Origin: an uncultured virus (IMG/VR IMGVR_UViG_3300006128_000009)
Lineage: Duplodnaviria; Heunggongvirae; Uroviricota; Caudoviricetes
DNA: 64,000 nt
Reading direction: 5' to 3' (one strand)
Virus record (IMG/VR): IMGVR_UViG_3300006128_000009
Part shown: one piece after another, positions 58,710 to 64,000 of the stretch
Numbering within the stretch: the first letter of the stretch is position 1
Layout of the letters: every line of letters starts with the position of its first letter
Notes under the pieces: generated by a model
Databases searched by the model: none
Told to the model about the DNA's origin: nothing
Seen by the model: the letters and a program-made list of their open reading frames with translations, nothing else
Made by a program: the position numbers and the translations under genes

Positions 58710-59249
58710 TTATACTGCTCTCCAATATTGATAAGCAAGAGTTACGGGCTGAGTTAAAACCTCACCAGCTGTTGTTATGTCGAGGTTTAATTCACCGATC
58801 TGCTGGGGCCATGCACCGTAAAGTGTATATGTTTTAAGCACATTACCCTGCTTATCGATAAGAGCTAATACAATCTGATTAGCTTGATCGAGAGAAGGAA
58901 TATTGTAAGCACCAGTACTTGTAATATCACTAAATACAGATTGCTGCCAAGCTTCAAGAATGCTTCTGATATTGAAAGCAGAGTCCATTCTGAATGTAAC
59001 TTGCCAACCTGCACTATTTGGATAGTTTACCGTGCCGGGTACATTGAATCTAAGTCCCATAAATGGTACTTCGACGTTTGTTATTGCCTTTGCTGGTAAT
59101 GTTGTAGTTGTTACGTAAATCAGTTGGTTCTGATTGAATGTTGTGCCACCTAATGATATCACTCTGAATAAATTCTGACGAGCGAAGTCATTAGTTGCAG
59201 CTGTGTTGTAGAAGTTTTGTATTCCGTAGTTGTCGAGTATTCCTGCCAT
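58710..59249 (-). CDS. gp19: Tail tube protein (gp19)
   Basis: ARQNLFRV, TTLPA...VPFMG, WQVTF, YTLYGAWPQQIG, VTLAYQYW. Confidence 0.9.
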   Translation of the reverse strand: MAGILDNYGIQNFYNTAATNDFARQNLFRVISLGGTTFNQNQLIYVTTTTLPAKAITNVEVPFMGLRFNVPGTVNYPNSAGWQVTFRMDSAFNIRSILEAWQQSVFSDITSTGAYNIPSLDQANQIVLALIDKQGNVLKTYTLYGAWPQQIGELNLDITTAGEVLTQPVTLAYQYWRAV

Positions 59250-59254
59250 AATAT

Positions 59255-59260
59255 TATTTA
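59255..59260 (-). promoter_or_regulatory. Late promoter TAAATA (representative; about 18 TAARTA copies lie 5-8 nt before start codons)
   Basis: Also at 221, 7492, 35173, 36883, 39981, 43750, 56148, 58689, 61987, 63631. Confidence 0.7.
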
Positions 59261-59271
59261 TCCTTTATATG

Positions 59272-61914
59272 TTAGAATTTGCCGTTTCCTATTACTTCGC
59301 TGAAGTTAGTTCCGGTTGTTGTTGCTATGAAGTCACAGAGTATGAATTCTGCTGTCTTCACTGGTTGGATATAAATTGCAACTGCTAATGAGTTTGAGTC
59401 AATTACAGATGGTGTATTGTTACGTGAATCACATACAATTTGGTATGCATATAATCCACCGTTAATCTTAGCATTATCAAAGAGTGGTGTTAAAGCACCA
59501 ACTAATCTTTGTTGTGTGATATAATTGTTTGGTTCGAATACAAAGAACTTAAGTAAGTTCAATGTTTGTTTCTCTAATGTTAAGAACAATCTACGAACAT
59601 TCAATCTATCGAATGCTGAAGGTTGATCTAACTGAGTTTTCTGACCATAGATTACATAGCCTTCACCGGGGAAGAATGCAATCGGATTGATCGCACTCTT
59701 ATAAAGAAGATCTCTTTGTTTCTGTGTTGGATTTACAGCAATATCTACTACATTACTTAAAACACCACGTGTAAATCCAGCTACAGCATCCCAAGGATTA
59801 CCATTCTGTGAAGCAGATGCGATATTAGCTGCTACATAACCAGATGGAGGTAACCAGATATAAGAGCCACCAACTGGATCACTTACTTTGAGCCAGTTAC
59901 CATATGTTACTACATAACTACTATTGATCGCAGAATATAAATTTACTAAAGGCCAATATATTTGATTTGAGAATGAGAAACTTGGATAAGTAGAAACTTT
60001 TCCGTTGTAACCCTGTACAAAAATCTGACGAACTGGATCTGCTATGAAGACATGATCTTTTCTTACGCTACTTGCTAAAGAAGCAAACTGATTAGCAATA
60101 GAGAGATAATCTGCTTCCACTCCAGTTCCAGCCGAGGAATTCTTACCAGTTGTGTCATATAAACCAGTTCCAACGGAACCATCGGTGTTTGTCGCAGTAG
60201 GAGACCCAAGAGTACTTGGAGTTAATGTATCATCATATGCTAAACTTACCGATGATAATTGATTACTTGTTGCGTAGATAGTACCTAAACCAGCTTCAGC
60301 AACAACATCGATTTGAATTTGATCGTTGTTCTGTATTTGATTTATAACAGTCTGCAATTTATTAGGAACATTTCCTATGATTTTTGAATTTACATCAGTT
60401 TGTGATTGATATACACCCGATGGATAGAGATTCTTTGTAGCATCAGATACACGAGTCTGTTTTAATACACTACCATCATTTCCAATCCAATTTCCCTGAT
60501 TAGAGATATATGGATTTACATATACTTTAATGTTATTGGATTTCTGATTAACAATGTTCGGTAAATAATATGAAATAGGCGAACCACCATTTGGATTATT
60601 CTGAGTTCTATTTGCATATAATGAACCAGAATAACCTTCTGCGATTGAGTAATTTAAAAGAACAGTGTCTTGATTGTATGTCGAGGTTGAAACCTTAAGC
60701 AACATAACTATTAAACTATCATTGAACTGTGTTGATGCGAAATTATATCCGGTTGGATAATTTTCAATTGCTTGAGAAACGCTATTATTAGTAAAGCTAC
60801 CTGCATCAGCACTTAATTGGAATGTCAAGCGACTTTGTGGAATTGTTGTATATGGAATTGGGTTAATACCACCAATAGCACTTGCAGTAGAATTAACCGA
60901 TTTGATTCCAGTGACGCAATTAAATTTAGTAGATGGATTTATAGTTGTATTATCTGCAATAGCAACATAGTATCCTTCGAATAAGTTGTTTACACTTCTC
61001 TTATTAGCATTTAAAACAATTAAACCTGCATTTCCAATATTACCAACTCCTGTTATTGATGGGAAAGCAGAACCCGATTGGAAATCACTCCATGCTATAT
61101 TATTTTGGCTTAAATTTTGATAGTCTGCATCAGAAAGCTGAATGCAAACAGGTTCACCTAAAGTATAGTAGTTTCCATTTGCATATTGATTTGGATTTGC
61201 TGTTGATGCTGTAGATGAATATGTGAAATAGTTGGTGTTAAAACTAGAAGCACCTAAAACTATAGTCGAATTTGTTAAATAAGTTTGATTATAACCAAAT
61301 CCATATAGTGTTAAATTAACACCTGTAATAGCACCAGAAGTATTTAAGGTTAATGTTCCTTTTGCTGGATTATTCGGAGTTCCATCTTTTCCACCACCAG
61401 TTAACGTGAATGAAGGAATTGATGTTGTTGGTAAAACCTGAACATATGAACTTAAAAGTGGAACTGTAGCTAAAGATACGCTGCTGTATGCTGAATAAAA
61501 GCTATCGTTATATAAAGTACCACTTAAAGAAGCTACTAATCCGTTTGAAAAATTAATTGCTGAAATACCACCGATTGAATTTGAATTTATCGGATAAACT
61601 AAAGCACTGTAGTTATTAGCATAACCATTACCGTTACCTGAACCATAAGGAAGTCTATTTACGATTAAGTTAGCAGGTGAATTATTTAAAACTTGCTGTG
61701 CTGAGTAGTAAAGATATTTTTCAGCAGCATTTGTTGGAGTTCCAAATATACTCTGGTACTCACTTATGCTTGAAACATTGACAAAGGTTTGAGTTGGACC
61801 CTGACTAGCAAAACCAACCATAAGAACATTAGTAGCTCCTGCTGGTTGTGTTGTCAAGCTAAGATCAACTTCATTTATTTGTACACCGGGAGATGAGATG
61901 GATAAAGTAGACAT
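59272..61914 (-). CDS. gp18: Tail sheath protein (gp18)
   Basis: SPGVQINEVDLS, PPSGYVA, AGFTRG, QRDLLY..AINPI, GQKT, FDRLNVRRLF, FVFEPN, PVKTAEFI. Confidence 0.96.
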   Translation of the reverse strand: MSTLSISSPGVQINEVDLSLTTQPAGATNVLMVGFASQGPTQTFVNVSSISEYQSIFGTPTNAAEKYLYYSAQQVLNNSPANLIVNRLPYGSGNGNGYANNYSALVYPINSNSIGGISAINFSNGLVASLSGTLYNDSFYSAYSSVSLATVPLLSSYVQVLPTTSIPSFTLTGGGKDGTPNNPAKGTLTLNTSGAITGVNLTLYGFGYNQTYLTNSTIVLGASSFNTNYFTYSSTASTANPNQYANGNYYTLGEPVCIQLSDADYQNLSQNNIAWSDFQSGSAFPSITGVGNIGNAGLIVLNANKRSVNNLFEGYYVAIADNTTINPSTKFNCVTGIKSVNSTASAIGGINPIPYTTIPQSRLTFQLSADAGSFTNNSVSQAIENYPTGYNFASTQFNDSLIVMLLKVSTSTYNQDTVLLNYSIAEGYSGSLYANRTQNNPNGGSPISYYLPNIVNQKSNNIKVYVNPYISNQGNWIGNDGSVLKQTRVSDATKNLYPSGVYQSQTDVNSKIIGNVPNKLQTVINQIQNNDQIQIDVVAEAGLGTIYATSNQLSSVSLAYDDTLTPSTLGSPTATNTDGSVGTGLYDTTGKNSSAGTGVEADYLSIANQFASLASSVRKDHVFIADPVRQIFVQGYNGKVSTYPSFSFSNQIYWPLVNLYSAINSSYVVTYGNWLKVSDPVGGSYIWLPPSGYVAANIASASQNGNPWDAVAGFTRGVLSNVVDIAVNPTQKQRDLLYKSAINPIAFFPGEGYVIYGQKTQLDQPSAFDRLNVRRLFLTLEKQTLNLLKFFVFEPNNYITQQRLVGALTPLFDNAKINGGLYAYQIVCDSRNNTPSVIDSNSLAVAIYIQPVKTAEFILCDFIATTTGTNFSEVIGNGKF

Positions 61915-61999
61915 ATTATTGTATAATTCTATTTACCCTGATAAAAACCACTTTTTAATAAAAACTTTTATTGTAACTAAAAAAGATAAGTAATATCAT

Positions 62000-62278
62000 A
62001 TGAACAAATTCGATGTCCTAGTTGAAAAATTATTAAACGAAGCAAAATCATCACGATGCACAAAAGTAACACAGAAATCTCACTCAACAAGAAAAGGTAA
62101 AAAGTGGATGAAATGTGTAAAATCACCAAGCGGTGGTTATAAGAGAATTCATTGGGGACAAGCTGGCGTAAGAGTTGGTAAAAATAATCCAAAAAGAAGA
62201 AAATCATTCAGAGCAAGACATAAATGTTCTTCCGCAAAGCCCGGTACTCCTAAATATCAAGCTTGTAAAGATTGGTGA
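62000..62278 (+). CDS. Small basic late protein with RRKSFRARH motif
   Basis: KKWMKCV...IHWGQ...RRKSFRARHKC...W; TAAGTA 7 nt upstream. Confidence 0.75.
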   Translation: MNKFDVLVEKLLNEAKSSRCTKVTQKSHSTRKGKKWMKCVKSPSGGYKRIHWGQAGVRVGKNNPKRRKSFRARHKCSSAKPGTPKYQACKDW

Positions 62279-62297
62279 TAAGTAATAATATCATATT

Positions 62298-62723
62298 ATG
62301 ATTAATAAATTCGATTCCGTCATCCAAAACTTTTTGGTTGAAAATGAAATACCCGCTTTAACTAATTATATCAGAAATTTAGGAGCACAAGGAACAAATG
62401 CTGTAGCTCAAACCGCAGAAACAACTTTAAAAGCAACAACTAATGCTAATCCACAACAGGCTAAAAAAGATCCTGTTCAAAGTTTTGCCGACTTAATTGA
62501 TAATAAAAATACACTCTATAATACATGGGATCAATTTGAAACAGATCATCCCGATGTAGTAAAATCATTAAAAGACAAAGGTGCTCCATTGGTAGATAAA
62601 AACCAAACACCAGAAAAAGAAGCACCGAAAGATCAATCGGGAACTAATGTTACACCTTATACGATTCAAAGTCCGGAATCTGTAGCATCCCAACAAAACC
62701 CAACAACACCAACGGGAAAATAA
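62298..62723 (+). CDS. Late protein (possible capsid-internal protein)
   Basis: MINKFDSVIQNFLVE start; TAAGTA upstream. Confidence 0.6.
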   Translation: MINKFDSVIQNFLVENEIPALTNYIRNLGAQGTNAVAQTAETTLKATTNANPQQAKKDPVQSFADLIDNKNTLYNTWDQFETDHPDVVKSLKDKGAPLVDKNQTPEKEAPKDQSGTNVTPYTIQSPESVASQQNPTTPTGK

Positions 62724-62745
62724 TATCTAAAGATATTAAAATTTT

Positions 62746-63633
62746 ATGAGCAAAAAACAACGCCCAAAAAAAGGTTCTGAACGTAAACAATCAGGAAGAA
62801 TCGTTCATGAACAAACCATACCAGATTCCAATAACAAAGAAGACAAAAGTTTATACGTCTTTCAAAGAGATAAAATTTCATTTGATTTATCTATAAAAGA
62901 ACTTCCTTGGACTGATAATCAGAAAAAAATAATAGAAACTTTTTTTGATAAAAATACAAAGGTTTTACTTCTAAAAGGACCAGCTGGTACATCTAAAACA
63001 ACATTAGCAATGTATTGTGGTTTAACTTTATTGAACAGAAGAAGAATATCTGATTTGGTTTTAGTTAGATCGGCAGTAGAATCTTCAGATTCTAAGCTTG
63101 GGTTTTTACCGGGCGATATTGCTGAGAAATTCAATGTTTATCTCACACCTTTCCACGATAAATTTGAAGAACTTTTATGTAAAGCACAATTAGACAGATT
63201 AGAAAAAGATAATCGTCTTACTATCTGCCCAATTAACTTTGCTAGAGGTCTTCATTTCTCGGCTAAATTTGTTTGTGCTGATGAAGTTCAGAATTTCTCA
63301 AGAAGAGAAATTCACACATTAATGAGTCGTATTGGTGAATTTTCAAAGGTATTTCTTTGTGGTGATCCAGAACAAAGTGATCTTCCTGTGGGTAAATCCG
63401 GATTCAATGCGATCTATGAATTATTCAATAACGAAGAATCAAGAAAACATGGTATTCATTGCATGGAATTAGGAGAAGAAGACATTGTTCGTTCTGAACT
63501 TTGCAGATTCATAACTCATAAATTCAAAGAACTTCAACTTTTAAAACAACAAGAAGAAGCAAATAGAGCACAACATCACAAAGAAAATAAACATATTGAA
63601 GAAAAAACTTGGAATCCATCAGAAAGTAGATAA
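62746..63633 (+). CDS. phoH: PhoH-family ATPase
   Basis: GPAGTSKT, LGFLPGD, FARG, DEVQN, RIGEFSKV..CGDPEQSDL, DIVRS. Confidence 0.93.
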   Translation: MSKKQRPKKGSERKQSGRIVHEQTIPDSNNKEDKSLYVFQRDKISFDLSIKELPWTDNQKKIIETFFDKNTKVLLLKGPAGTSKTTLAMYCGLTLLNRRRISDLVLVRSAVESSDSKLGFLPGDIAEKFNVYLTPFHDKFEELLCKAQLDRLEKDNRLTICPINFARGLHFSAKFVCADEVQNFSRREIHTLMSRIGEFSKVFLCGDPEQSDLPVGKSGFNAIYELFNNEESRKHGIHCMELGEEDIVRSELCRFITHKFKELQLLKQQEEANRAQHHKENKHIEEKTWNPSESR

Positions 63634-63642
63634 ATATAAAAT

Positions 63643-63825
63643 ATGAATAACAATCCTCAATATGCAGTAGTTGAAAATCGCCCAATCGGATGCACTTTCT
63701 GTGGTGCACAAGTTCAGGGTAGAGTCAACGAAAAGAAAGACCCAAAGACAAACGAAACCATAAAGGAATGTCGTTGGTCATGTGGTAGATGTGGTAATCT
63801 TGTTAAGATAGGAAACGTAAAGTAA
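63643..63825 (+). CDS. Small Zn-ribbon protein
   Basis: CTFCG...CGRCG; TAAATA 6 nt upstream. Confidence 0.65.
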   Translation: MNNNPQYAVVENRPIGCTFCGAQVQGRVNEKKDPKTNETIKECRWSCGRCGNLVKIGNVK

Positions 63826-64000
63826 ATGGATTTGGAACAAATCATAAATGAAGTTTATGATACGGCTAATAAGTCGTATCCTGCTTATTCTACACCAGCT
63901 AGAAAGGATTTTGTTCCTCAATCAACAAGAAATACTGCATCTTATCCATATCAAAATGGATTACCACAAGATGATATAACAAATCCTCCACCGGAATCGG
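63826..64000 (+). CDS. Partial hypothetical protein (runs off window edge)
   Basis: ATG directly after the upstream TAA; MDLEQIINEVY... open to the end. Confidence 0.6.
   Translation, partial: MDLEQIINEVYDTANKSYPAYSTPARKDFVPQSTRNTASYPYQNGLPQDDITNPPPES

Noticed and set aside
1..64000. Alternative genetic code (stop reassignment)
   Set aside because: Core genes are full length in code 11, and TGA and TAG end genes at sensible junctions (e.g. 13630, 32628, 21480)
1..64000. tRNA/rRNA genes, integrase, transposase or DGR reverse transcriptase
   Set aside because: No cloverleaf-like GC-rich gaps or diagnostic motifs seen by eye; a tRNA scan was not run

Overview
A 64 kb, AT-rich segment of a large T4-like (contractile-tailed) dsDNA phage read in standard code 11. 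It carries the T4 replication/recombination core (gp61 primase, gp62-like, UvsY, UvsW, gp55 late sigma, gp47, gp46, gp43 PolB, ThyX, UvsX, gp41, gp59-like, gp32, gp45, gp1 dNMP kinase) and tail/baseplate/packaging genes (gp15, split gp5, gp27-like, gp3, gp17, gp53, gp48, tape measure, gp26/51, gp54, gp19, gp18). GroES, PhoH and a lysis cassette with a probable unimolecular spanin are also present. A 12-gene glycosyltransferase/sugar-tailoring island splits gp47 from gp46. Less ordinary signals read directly from the DNA: (1) both sigma70-type and late (TAARTA) promoters sit 5-8 nt from start codons with no Shine-Dalgarno, suggesting a largely leaderless transcriptome; (2) a possibly Sm/Hfq-fold gene whose 3' end forms a hairpin displaying a near-copy of the 16S anti-SD tail, followed by a terminator, which could be a host-translation decoy system; (3) all 27 Pro-Gly pairs I found avoid CCWGG; (4) a circularly permuted SGNH esterase on a baseplate-region protein; (5) a 3D domain inserted within the gp5 OB fold. 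All family assignments are by motif recognition and synteny; no searches were run.
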